Assembly (NCBI GenBank): GCA_030704615.1
Contig: CM060734.1
Coordinates: 60,884,001 to 60,948,000, forward strand
DNA length: 64,000 bases
Reading direction: 5' to 3'
Origin: Takakia lepidozioides
Lineage: Eukaryota > Plantae > Bryophyta
Shown here: positions 11,596 to 23,108 of the stretch, in pieces
Position numbering within the stretch: position 1 is the stretch's first letter
How the letters are laid out: each line of letters begins with the position of its first letter
Translations under genes and position numbers: made by a program
Notes under the pieces: generated by a model
Seen by the model: the letters and a program-made list of their open reading frames with translations, nothing else
Databases searched by the model: none
What the model was told of the DNA's origin: nothing

Positions 11596-11893
11596 CTGAG
11601 ATTATGTAAGGCAGGTCAACTGAAAGAGGCAAGTGCTGCACATCTTGAATCAACAAGGCAAGGCAGACTCCAATACTTACGTATGTCTCTTGCAGGAGTG
11701 CATCAACAGGAATGACCTTGCAGAGGGAAAACAGGTGCACTCCCACATTATACGAAATGGTTTCAAGCCGAAAATCTTCCTATTGAACACCCTGGTCATG
11801 TATGCGAAGTGTGGGAGTGTGATGGATGCACGCCATGTGTTTGACAGAATGCCTGAACGGTCACTGTTGACATGGACTATAATGAATGCATAA
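11596..11893 (+). pseudogene. PLS-class pentatricopeptide repeat (PPR) gene 5' fragment
   Basis: LRLCKAGQLKEA, then a frameshift to ..TYVCLLQEC..LAEGKQVHSHII..NTLVMYAKCGSVMDARHVFDRMPER..TWTIM and a premature stop. This is a typical L/S-motif text with no downstream repeats. Confidence 0.8.
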
Positions 11894-12025
11894 CGCTCTC
11901 AAAATAGAATAGACAATGGCCCCCATCGCCTTCAATTGTCCACCTAGATTCGCCACTTCACTTAGTTACTTACGACCCAGGTAATGGTCCCCAAGACGGG
12001 TTGTTCAACGGAGAAGGCTCATATC

Positions 12026-14357
12026 TGTAGAACAAACACAGCTGTTGTTGTCTGATTCATTATCATACCAACACATGTCACACTAGTGTGTGAAGGTGGT
12101 TCCGTCTACTTATAGTTTGAACTGAGCAAGTATTTTGTAGTTTTTCTGGCTAGTAATCTTTCTCTTCTTGGACCTTTGTAGTTTCTTGATTTACTGAGTC
12201 GGTCGCATGTCACTCTATAATTCATTGTAGAACATTACTATCTTCTAGTCACTGTGTATCAAAGAGAGGTTATGGGCCCATACACGCAATAGGTAGAGTT
12301 TTGTTTTTAGGATGAGAGAGAATCAGCTTTTGTAGAAAAACAATGGACGCCAAGGATATGGCGAGCGTGGTGAAATTCAATGGAGAGAATTTCACACTCT
12401 GGAAGATCCAAATGGAGATCATTTGCGACAAAGGAGCTGATAGAAATCGTGGATGGAATTGAGAAGGAAGAAAGTGACATGGACAAGGCCGCTTGGAGCA
12501 AGAAGAATAACACGGCCAAGATGATTATGAACATGGCAGTTGATAGGGATCACTTGCAAATGATGGTATAGTGCAAGACTGCACACGATATCTGGACAAA
12601 ATTAATCACTACTCATGAACATCATTCCACTGAGAACGTGTACATGTTGCAACATCAGTTTTGTGAGTACAAGTTCAGGTGGGGAGATAGTATTGCTGCT
12701 CACATATCAAAGATTGAACACATGGCAAGACAGTTGATAGGTCTTGAAGAGAAATTTTCAGATAAGGTCATTATCTGAAAGACAATATGTAGCTTACCAC
12801 CGAGTTATCGACATGTCCTATTGGCTTGGAGAAACATGCCTGAGAGTGAGAAGACGACGATGAATCTTACCATATGATTGTTGGAGGAAGAAAGCATGAT
12901 TAACAAGATCCAAGGGATATCTAAGAATGAAGAAGACATGGCGTTCTTCGAAGCAATGCTAACTAGACCAGACATTACCTATGTAGTCAATAATGCGGCA
13001 AAGTACTCTAACAAACCCCAAAGATGCATTGGACAACAGTCAAACAGGTTTTTCGGTATCTCAAGGGGATCAGTGATGATTATGGTCTCCTTTTTGGAGG
13101 AAAAGGCGATCACATTGTGCTTCAAGGTTATTGTGATATCAATTATGCTGGTGATCCTGATACAAATCTCGGACTGCCTATGTCTTTCTTTTGGGAAGAG
13201 CCACGATTGCATGGAGCAGTCAGAACCAGAAGTGCACGACAATTTCAACTACTGAAGTGGAATACATTGCCTCATGTGGTGCCACAAAGCAAGCCATCTG
13301 GCTTCGAAGATTTCTTGCCAGTCTTCGACTTGCGTAGTTGAAACTGACCATTCTACATGGTGATAATCAAAGTGCAATTAAACTTGTCAAAAATCCTGAA
13401 CGAGGCAAGAGGACCAAGCACATCGATGTGCAGTATCACTTTGTGCGAGAGAAGTTTCGGAATCAGGATATCACCATCATGTATATTCATCACACAAGCC
13501 AACAAATTGCTGATATTATGACAAAGACGCTTCCCACCCCGAGAAATTATGTTTCTTCCGGAAGATGATGGGTATGGTATCTCGTGCCTCTATCAATGCA
13601 GCACACATAGTGGAGTCCTGATTGCATACCAAAAGCAGTGGGAGCAATGATTGATTCACATGGGCGTTCCTCTCTACAGGACACATGTAGTATTTTACCA
13701 AGTAGTGGAAGAATCGTCGAATTTTTGTTAGTATCTAATTGTGTGTTCTAGTGTTCGAGTGGGAGAGTAGAATGAGAGATAAAGATAAAGATAAAGTTTC
13801 TTTAACGTCCAGTGAATTTACACAGCCTACTGCTCTACACACAGGCCATCAAGGGCCCAATGGACGGTCTGAAGACACATGTTGAAGGATTGAACCCAGG
13901 ACCACCTAGGTTATGCACAGGCAAGGCACAAACACCCAACCACTAGGCTATCTGCTCAAGAGAGAAGAGAGAGAAAAGACTCCGACATAACTAAGAGCCA
14001 CTTCCCTCGTGGCTACTATGCCCCCTTTCCTGGGTGGGCCCAATTGAGTGCAGAATCATTAGTTTAGGCATGTCACTAAACCCTAAACCCTAAACTTGTC
14101 TGATTCACGTGAACTAGATTAGCCGATGATTATATACCGACACATGTCACACTAGTGTATGAATGTGGTTCAGTTGCTACTTGTAGTTTGAACTGAAGTA
14201 CTTTGTGGTTTGTTTTTCTGGCTAGTAATCTCTTACTCGCTTTTATCTTTATCTTCTTGGACCTTTGTAGTCTGTGCGTGGTTTCTTGATTTACTGAGTC
14301 GATCGCATGTCACTCTATATTCATTGTAGAATCATTGTAGAACATTACTATCTTCTA
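12026..14357 (+). mobile_element. Internally deleted Ty1/copia LTR retrotransposon (gag fused to RT end/RNase H)
   Basis: Homologous LTR segments at 12050-12247 and 14096-14357. PBS GGTTATGGGCCCA at 12268-12280. Degenerate gag from ATG 12343 (VVKFNGENF.LWK) is joined at ~12950 to TRPDITYVVN, GYCD..YAGD, DNQSAIKLVKNP..RTKHIDVQYHFVRE, QIADIMTK. PPT GAGTGGGAG at 13757-13765. No clear TSD. Confidence 0.85.
13778..13957 (-). mobile_element. tRNA-derived SINE with (TTTATC)n tail, nested in the copia 3' LTR
   Basis: On the minus strand: A-box TAGCCTAGTGG (13940-13950) 7 nt from the 5' end, B-box GGTTCAATCC (13887-13896), and 3' end ..CTGGACGTTAAAGAAAC(TTTATC)3. Imperfect TSD ATGAGAGA/AAGAGAGA. Confidence 0.8.
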
Positions 14358-14580
14358 CTTCATGCCTACCCTCCGTTCCAGGAATGGCTCAAGCGAACGG
14401 CCGTAGGGCCTTTTGGCACAGTGTATCAACAATATCTAAGTTCAACTTGTCCATGAGAGAAATTATGGCCCCACCTATGACTCAATGCGAAACTGGTAAG
14501 ACCCACGAATTAGATTGTACTAGTACCGTAAACTCACAAGATTGCAGTTCTCATCCATTTGTTCACACATCTTCCAAGGA

Positions 14581-14863
14581 TCATTGAAGTTAGGCAGTCG
14601 TAAAGGATTTTGGGGGATTCTGCCTTTTTTGAGGCAAATTAAAATGCAGAAGATCTCCACGGCGCTGGCGCATTCTGCATTCCTAATCGGCAGTTTGACT
14701 TTTATTGGCTCATTATGGCCTGCAGCCAATCAGGGCCTCGCAGAATGTGCCCCCAAAATTCCTTTACGCCAGGGAACGTGCCCCCTCGGGCGCATTATGG
14801 CTACCGGCTTGCCCTGATGGCTCACTTGGAGCCATACTGCGCCCTAGGGGGCGCGTTCTCTAG
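14581..14863 (+). mobile_element. Small non-autonomous Helitron (3' end clear, 5' end tentative)
   Basis: Hairpin GCGCCC-TAGG-GGGCGC at 14839-14854 followed by CTAG (14860-14863) and a host T. Candidate A|TC start at 14581. Confidence 0.55.
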
Positions 14864-17800
14864 TCCACAGATTTCCTCAAACTTACAGCTTGACCAGATT
14901 CCAGTTTCGTTAGACAGAATTAAATATACTGAAAACGACATGACATTCGCAAAAATGTGCGGCAAGAGAACAGCTTCTTGTGTTGGAGATACGTATTTAA
15001 GGATTCACCATCATGTGCATGAAAATTTGAATGATCACCAGTGCCCCTATCATCAGATCATCGCTACAATGAACCCCGTAGATCAGGTGATATGATCTCA
15101 CTTGCAATATGCACTTGCGTGTGCCACTATAAGCGCCTGTTCAAAATCTTCATGCGACACTCTGTCATGAGATTACAGTGGCCTATGTTGCGAAAAGCCT
15201 GATAAGTACTGTTCACTAGTGCTTACCATCATATAACAGTCTGATGGGGGCCCTGTCGGCAAACTTAGAAAACTGAGCCGGGCATGCATCGACGATCTCT
15301 TTGCCAGGTTCCATGTACAATATACTCCCGCTGATTTTTGTTTCTTACCAGCGTCGCTGGAGAACCGGTTGTCTGTGGTGCACCTGACATGGCAATCAGT
15401 GCAGAAGCCCTTTGTCAATCTCAGAACGTTCAGCGAAAACACGTGTACCGAGGTCTAATAATGTATTGCTTGGATCAAACGTTTGAGCATAATCTAAGTT
15501 TCTTGACTTCGTATGAACTGACATATAGGATAACGAGACTCGGACTGAGATAACTTCCAAAGGAGCGAGATACGACTGTACTGATGGCTGAACGAAGCGA
15601 AGCTCTCGAGCGCCTGCGCCTCACTTTGGCATCACAGTTCACTTGTGAAAAAGGATTTCGGTAAATCTGGTTTATAGTGTACTAGATGCCTACTTGCCAA
15701 CTTTGCTGCACTCGGCTGTTTCAGATCAGATGGGTCATCAAAACTCTCAAGTGGAAAGATGGCGGCTATGGCGCTGATCCGGATCTGTAGTTGAAATAAA
15801 GAGCCGTCGATGGCACGGACCCCTAGCAGATTATCCCGGGAATATTTAAGGTGTCGGATCTGATGAGCCAGTACTTTCAAGAGGATTATATCTTCTGCAA
15901 CAGCGTCCGGGAAATAATTTCAGTTGAACCAGCCAGTAGCCGCTCATTCCCAGCAGCAATCGGCTAAGTGGGTTGGGCAGTCGGTTGCTGCCCCTTAGTG
16001 GTAACTATACCCGGTCAATTTCCGGGATAAATTCCTTATAACCGGTAATATTCCTAATGATTTATTTTGTGTTCAGCTATAAATCCGGCCCTTATAAATA
16101 TCAACTGGTTGACAACACAAGTGTCAAATGCACAACAATAAGTAAATAATAATAAGAAGAAATAATCACAACCAGTTTTAGGCAATTCAAACAAGTGAAG
16201 AACATTGTATCCTTATAGAAGTTGGACCTGTCAATGCCTTCAAACCACATGGAGGTCAAGAATTGAACCCGCGTGGACAGCATAGCAGGCAGCGAGTGCA
16301 AGCAGGCGTGGGGCTGGGGCTGTGAGAGCAACGTCCAGACTTAGTAGGGTTTGCCCGCGGGCCGCCCTCTTGAGTTCAATATTTTTTCACGTAAACGCCC
16401 TTCCTCGGATGTAACCCGGCCTAGCACGTTGGAATTTTGCCATGTGGCAGACTTCGACGGCCATTTCCGTTTTTTGTAATATAAAAAGGGCCGGAATCCG
16501 TCCAGGCCTTGCCAACTAAGGCAGATTTCCTGTCTGTAATGAAATGGAAAGGCAAATATCCTTCTTAAAAGTAGGGCACCCGGTTGATTTCCGCTTCGGC
16601 CATTTTTCCCCTCGGATCCATTTCCTGAGGTTTCATATTTCATTCGGAAATTCTGGAATTCAGTCGGCTAGGATGTAACTGGCTGCCGGTTCTCCCCGGA
16701 CGTTGTTCTGCAATAATCGGATCTCGGTTGATCGATTGACTGACGTCACACAAAACACAGTGCAGCAGATGAATGTGTCTCAAGCTTCGGTTACTGATGC
16801 AAGAGCAAGTAAATTACACCCCCGAGTTCTGGCATTGGGTGCGATCCAAGTTCCAAATCTACTACCTGCAGGCTACAATAATTCTCACCCAAGACCCTGT
16901 TGAAAAACCTTATTGCTTAATATACATGAGGTATCTATGATGGCGAAGTCATGCCATAACGAGTAGATTGTCCTCAGCTATATATCGATTGTAATTTTCA
17001 TCTATATCTGCAGGCCTATGTGATCAAAACAACTATAGGCTGCAACACCGAGAAGCTCCTAGAGAGAGAGGTTCCTACAGAGAGTATCTGTCGCTTCCTG
17101 CAGACACTACTTAAGAACTGGATGTACCAAGAACTGGAAGATGAAACGTCTTCGAGAACCATCGGGAATATGGACGACTCTAGTTAGATCAAATGGTGGT
17201 CAGAAAACCCTAAGACCCTGAGTCGATCCTACCCCATGCAGAAGTGTTTGGGTATTCATGTAATCCATTCAACCTGTAAACGCGCCACCGATTGGTCTTC
17301 GGCGCCACGCCTTAGAGCCATTGCCAGATTTCACAATCTCGAGAGGGATAGGTGCTGTTCTCAGGTTGCCATCCTAGCACAAGCTCTTAATTGACAGGGG
17401 TCAAGTGCGTCATGGTCCATGATAGATCAGTAGCCGCCAGCTTGCACGATAATGTAGTACTAAAAAGAAAATAGGTTTCTCAGCGGAGACTAGCTGGGCT
17501 TGCCGGCAGATCCAGCAGTGGATTCTTCTCATACTGTAGCACCAAGTGGTTTGATCGCATCGCGCACTCCGTTCTGTCTCTGGTATTGGTTTCATTTCTA
17601 GCACTTCACCTGGGGGTGAGACCATGATTTAACACTTTAAGACAGAAGTAGACGAGGCTGATCATGCAATCTCTCAAGACTGTTAAATTGAGAGCTTTCG
17701 AGATCCTGCAGCTCTCGCCCGAAGAAGTTTCTGCGCCTAGATCTCCTGTTATAATGGCGACTCATGAGGCGAAAACTGTGAAAGTTTCTCTTCTGCGGAG

Positions 17801-18841
17801 AAGGGTGGGCAAGCAGGTCTTGTACTTGGAAGCACGAAAGGATTTTGTGGACATCCTCATGAGTTTTTTGACACTGCCTACAGGGGCCATAATCAAGATT
17901 CTCTCAACAGGTATGGTTTATGTGCAAATTAGATCTACACCTGTAGCCTGATATTTAAGTCATCATGTCTGTGGACTAATCTATGTTCTCGGGGAGTGAT
18001 CAGTCGCTATCCTATGCGGCGAACTTTCATGTGAAACTGAGCAGAAACTGTGTAACTGCCCTCGACTTCGTAAGTTTCCTGGAGAATGAACGAACCCACA
18101 ATGGATGGATCTACTAGAGCCTGTGAGAGTATTTTGAGGAGAATTCCATCATCATTGAGTCCGAGGGAAGGTTGAATGTGCTATGACAGCCTACCCGGCC
18201 AGTTAAATCTTGCAGGTCTAGATAGTTCGAGGGCCTGATTCTAATTCTATCTCGTGATCTCCTACCCGCCTGAAACTGAAGACTCCGCAAAAGATGTACA
18301 GTTTGATAACGAAGGTCGATCCTCTCTAAAGATAGTACACGTACATTTACAGTGAAATTCTTAAGTGTGGGGAATGGGTGTGCAGACTTGATTGTTGCAT
18401 TATGAACTAAGTTTAACTCGTACTGTGTCAAACATTTTAGGGGTGTGGCCTGTGTATTTCCACCCGAATGTTTTCTGTGCACTGACCTGTGAGCGTACGG
18501 GACATGAATCAGGTCATGCTCCTATGAAGTCCCTTGGAGCCATTGTGAACGTCTTTCGAAGTGTGGAGAAACTTGAAGAATCATCATTGTATGTGCCAAA
18601 GTCCATACTTATTGATCCGAAGCCTGCTACTGGTCTTTCTTCAAATTTTCTGCAGATTGACTTGGCATCCACACCGACACGCGAGGTGAAATATTATGGC
18701 TGTCCTAGAGAAAATTGTTCAAATTGCACCTCGGAAGGTCCATATATTTATACCACTGGCCGCTCGCCGCCACGAAAATATTCAAATTGCGGGTCAGTAC
18801 TCGCTACGGACCCATCCATGATCTGCCCATGCGGTAATAGC

Positions 18842-21800
18842 TATTGAAAACACTGACGTAGGACAGACTTGAGTTAGTCAAGAGATGCCAGAAGATCTTT
18901 ACTCATAACTAAGTCACAGATCTAGCAAGCCTCATGCGCTCTGCATGGAATTGAGATGCAACTACCCTGCAGGGTGTGACACTAAATATGCAACGAGTAT
19001 GCAACCCTTAACACCGAAGAATGATTAAGTAACGCATACTAGAGGGAAAAGAAGAGATCGGTGCTTAGCTATAAGTGTAGATCGTAGCGATGAGTAACCG
19101 GAGATTGTGGGAGAGAGTGCTAACTAATGAGTAAGGCCGATCTGCAGTATTTTGAAGTACATATCCTACTGTCCTATGTGCACACTAGCCACGGTAACTA
19201 ATACTTTCTACGCTCCCACTCAGTGAGTATTGTCTGCAGACAAAACGAGCTGTAAAGTCTAGATGGAAAGTGGTCAACCTCCCACTGCATCCGCTGCGGG
19301 CAAGATAGTCAGGCCAAGTAGCATGCAAAGTTTCTGAAATCGATCAGCAGAGAACGTTGTAGTGAATAAATCTGCGAGTTGCTTTGTAGTAGCAACGCAA
19401 AGAACATTGATGGTACCAAGAAGCTGATGCTCTCAGATGAAATGATACCGGACGTCAATATGCTTTGTCCTCCTGTGGAATTCAGGATTATTTCAGGATT
19501 ATGCACGAGCCGGATGCAACTTTGCTTATCGCTGAAGAGTTTGGTTGATTGCGGCTGATGAAATCCAAGGTTGGTCAGTAAGCGACATAACCAAACTACT
19601 TCCTTCGTTGCCATGCTCGTAGCCATATATTTAGCCTCCGTAGTGGAGCTAGCAACACAGGCTTGTTTACGACTACACCAAATGACAGGACCTTGGTTCA
19701 AAAGTATGACACAGCCACTTCTTGATTTGCGATCTGTAACATCCCCACGTAATCAGCATCCGCATAAGCCTGTATGAGATTTGTGCCAGTATTCCCATCA
19801 TAGCATAAAACCAACTTAATAGTGCCAGATAGATATCTGAAAAATCGTTTGACTGCAAGATAGTGGGACCTTCGTGGTTTGGAGGAGAACTTGGCCACTG
19901 TGTTAATTGCATAAGTTATGTCCGGACGACTACCCATTTGAGCGAATTGCGAGCTCCCAATTGCTTCTGCATAGGAGAAAGATGGGTCTGAGTCCTCAAG
20001 AATATCGGAGGTGTCATCAAGCCGAATGTTAGGGTTCGTTGGAGTGGCGATAGGAGTGCAATGGTCAAAGCCAAATCGTTTTAGAATTCTCTTGACGTAG
20101 AGGGATTGATCAATCCATAAGAGCTTGTGGGCACGATCTCTAATGATGTGCAGATCCACGTAGATATCAGCACTAGATGTAGAAACTTGAAATTCCCGTT
20201 CCATGTGTAATATCATACCTTGGAGCTTGTTTGACTGTATGCAACATCCCAAACCATCATCAACAAAAAACGTTGTAATGAGGAGGGGTGGGTGCCTAGT
20301 GGAGTAGACACAAAGATTAGCTTCCGTAGGGTGCAAATCATACGAAATGAGGAAATCATGAAATTTCTGGTTCCATACCCTCGACGATTGCTTCAGCCCG
20401 TAGAGGCTCTTCCGTAGATGACAAACCCTGCCTTCTTCTCCAGGTGCAATAAAGCCTTCGGGCTGCAGCATGTATATATCTTCCTCTAGCTCCCTGTATA
20501 GAAAAGCCGTTTTGATGTCAAACTACACGATATGCATATTCTGTTGAGCAGCAATAGAGAGCACGGCACGTATGCACTCGTACTTGATAACTGGAGAAAA
20601 TGTTTGCTCATAATCAACACCATACTATTGACTGTATCCCTTAGCCACAACCCTAGCCTTGTACTTAGCAATTTCTCCCGTAGAGGTAGTCTTGATTCTA
20701 TATATTCACTTACAGGGAATAGCTTTGTGACCAGGTGGTAAGTCTGTCAAAACCTAGGTCTCATTTGTGATTAGGGAGTGAAATTCTTCGCTCATTGCCT
20801 TTTTCCACTCGTGTGAGAGAGAGCAACTCATAGCTTCTGTAAAGGTGTGAGGTTCCTCTAGTATGTCATCGCTCTCTACAATACCTGCAAAAGACCTCAC
20901 ATAGAAGTCTTGGAGTTTCTGAGGAGGTCCTTGAAGCCTCTGTGGCCTTGCAGTGTGTTGCTCAATTGGATGCTCAATAGAATGATCAACATCAGCTTGT
21001 TGATTAGGAGGATCTTGCTCACCTGTAGCAAAAACATGTGCAGTGTTTTGAGCAAGTGGATCCTCTTGTTGTTCAGTTATAGCAGCAACCAGAGCAAGTG
21101 GACTAGACTCGTGCGCTACATTCCCTGTGTGCATGTCGATAAATGTATGCTGGTACAAAACGTCCAAAGAAGGGGCGCCCCGACAATTCAGGCCTTTGTT
21201 TTACTCCTGGATGAAAAGTTCATCAAAAGATGTCGACTAGCTGATCACGATTCGCCGTCTCTTAACGTCCCAGAGACGGTAGGCCTTTGAGTGCAAGCAG
21301 TATCCAACAAAAACTGTCTTCAGGCTCTTAGAAACAAGCTTCTTTCTCTGTTCTTTGGGAATATGCATATATGTAAAACTTCCAAAAACGCGCATGTGTT
21401 CAACTGTTCGTTTTTGACCGGTCCATAATTCATATGGAGTAACGCCGTCGTGCACTCTTGATCCTAAGCGATTGAGCACATAAGCTGCGGTCTGGGCGCC
21501 TCCCCCCAAACTGCAAGCTTTCTTTGGCATGAAGCTGCTTCGCATGGACTCAACCAGAGTTTCCGCTCAGCTCTTCCATTGTGTGTTCGGGAGTATGGGG
21601 CTGTTGTCTCATGGCAAATTCCCACATCGTTCAAATACTTGGAAAATGCATTGCTCAAATATTCCCCACCTCGATCACTTTGGAGCTTGGTAATTCGATT
21701 TCATGTCTCTCTCATAACAGTTGGTTTCAAGTCGCTTGAACATCAAACCCTTCGGATTTGTTGCGGATGCAATAAACAAATCGGTACCTAGAAAAATCGT

Positions 21801-23076
21801 CCTTAAAAAGGACAAAATACAAGGGCCTCTCCAAATGAGTTGACACTCATGGGCCCGCCATCATCAGTGTGAAAAAAGTTGTTGCCTGCCCTTCTGTGTT
21901 CGGAGAACAGGTGAGCGAATAGGGAATGGTTGCCTATGGTTTCTTCCAAGAGCACATCCTTCACAAAGACTTGGTGAGTCTGCACTTTTAATCGCAAGAG
22001 TTGCAACCCATGACCACGTTGTTCCGCCATTTGCAGAGGATCATGTTTGCATTCACATGCCCAAAACGCTCATGCCAAATGGTTAAGCTTTTGGCAGTTT
22101 TGTTCTCCAACTAGCATTCGAATCAGGCTGTTGACAAGCAACATTTGCTTCGGTTTGTAGGTTCCACTACTGTTGAGCTAGAGGTTCATACAGCTTGTTC
22201 TGATCGAACTCCAGTGAGCACAACTTTCCCTTGCCCATCATGGCTTGTTAGAAAACATGCCTCTCGTTTGTAGGTTGTCACAATTCCTTTGTCAGCTGCT
22301 CGACCGACTGAAAACAAATTCTTTTTGAGCTGTGGCACGTAAAGAACTTGTGAGCTGTGATTGTCCATCCAGCCACTACTTCATCCTGTACCATGGTCGC
22401 TTCTCCCATTGCCAACTCTTCTATCTTAGCGTTCCCACCTCGGATAGCGAAGGGGGTGGTAAAAAGCCGCTCGACAGAACCACCGGTTTCCACACCCCGC
22501 CTAAGCGGGTACCCGCCCGCACAACACGGTTAGTACCCACATTTGATCCTAAGGAACAATCTATGATTCTCCACCCGCCCTTACCTGACTACAAAGGCAA
22601 AGGTCTCAACGATCATAACAGGCCATTTTCCGGGGGCACTTTCTCCAATTTGCTGAACCACGCCAACTTATCTGTCATATGCATAGTAGCGCCGCCATCT
22701 GTATACCAGGTGTCATCAGAGATGGGCATGTAAGTAGTTGTGACGAAGGCACTGCTATCAGGATCTTCTGCAGCGATGACATTTGCCTCGCTCTTTTTCT
22801 TCTCATCTTCCTTCCTTTCCGGGCACTCCTTCGCCTAATGCCCCTTCGCCCGGCAATAGTTGCATCAACACCGAAGAATGATTGAGTAAGCGGCATAAGA
22901 GGGAAAGAAGAGATCGGTGCTTAGCTAGGAGTAAGTGGTAGATCGCGTAGCGATGAGTAATTGGAGTTGTGGGATAGAGTGCCAACTAATGAGTAAAACC
23001 GATCTTGCAGTATTTTGAAGTACATATCCTACTGTCCTACGGGCACACTAGCCACGTTAACTAGATACTTTCTACA
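18842..23076 (-). mobile_element. Ty1/copia LTR retrotransposon, degenerate, 5-bp TSD ATAGC
   Basis: TSD ATAGC at 18837-18841 and 23077-23081. 3' LTR 18842-19212 with adjacent PPT GAGTGGGAG; 5' LTR remnant 22867-23076. Domains: Zn knuckle CNYCRAKGH, protease WYTDGGATMHM, WHERFGH, integrase SDRGGEY, RT YKARVVAKGY / SLYGLKQS / FVDD, RNase H KHIDVRYHFI. Many frameshifts. Confidence 0.93.
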
Positions 23077-23108
23077 ATAGCAAGATCCGTAAAATGATGC
23101 TTATAACA

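Noticed and set aside
14076-14095. Interstitial telomere (CCCTAAA)n
   Set aside because: Fewer than three units, inside an LTR; more likely a telo-box-like motif.
16340-16700. Second Helitron end (GCCCGCGGGC palindrome)
   Set aside because: The terminal CTRR|T context is not clean and no 5' end is identifiable.
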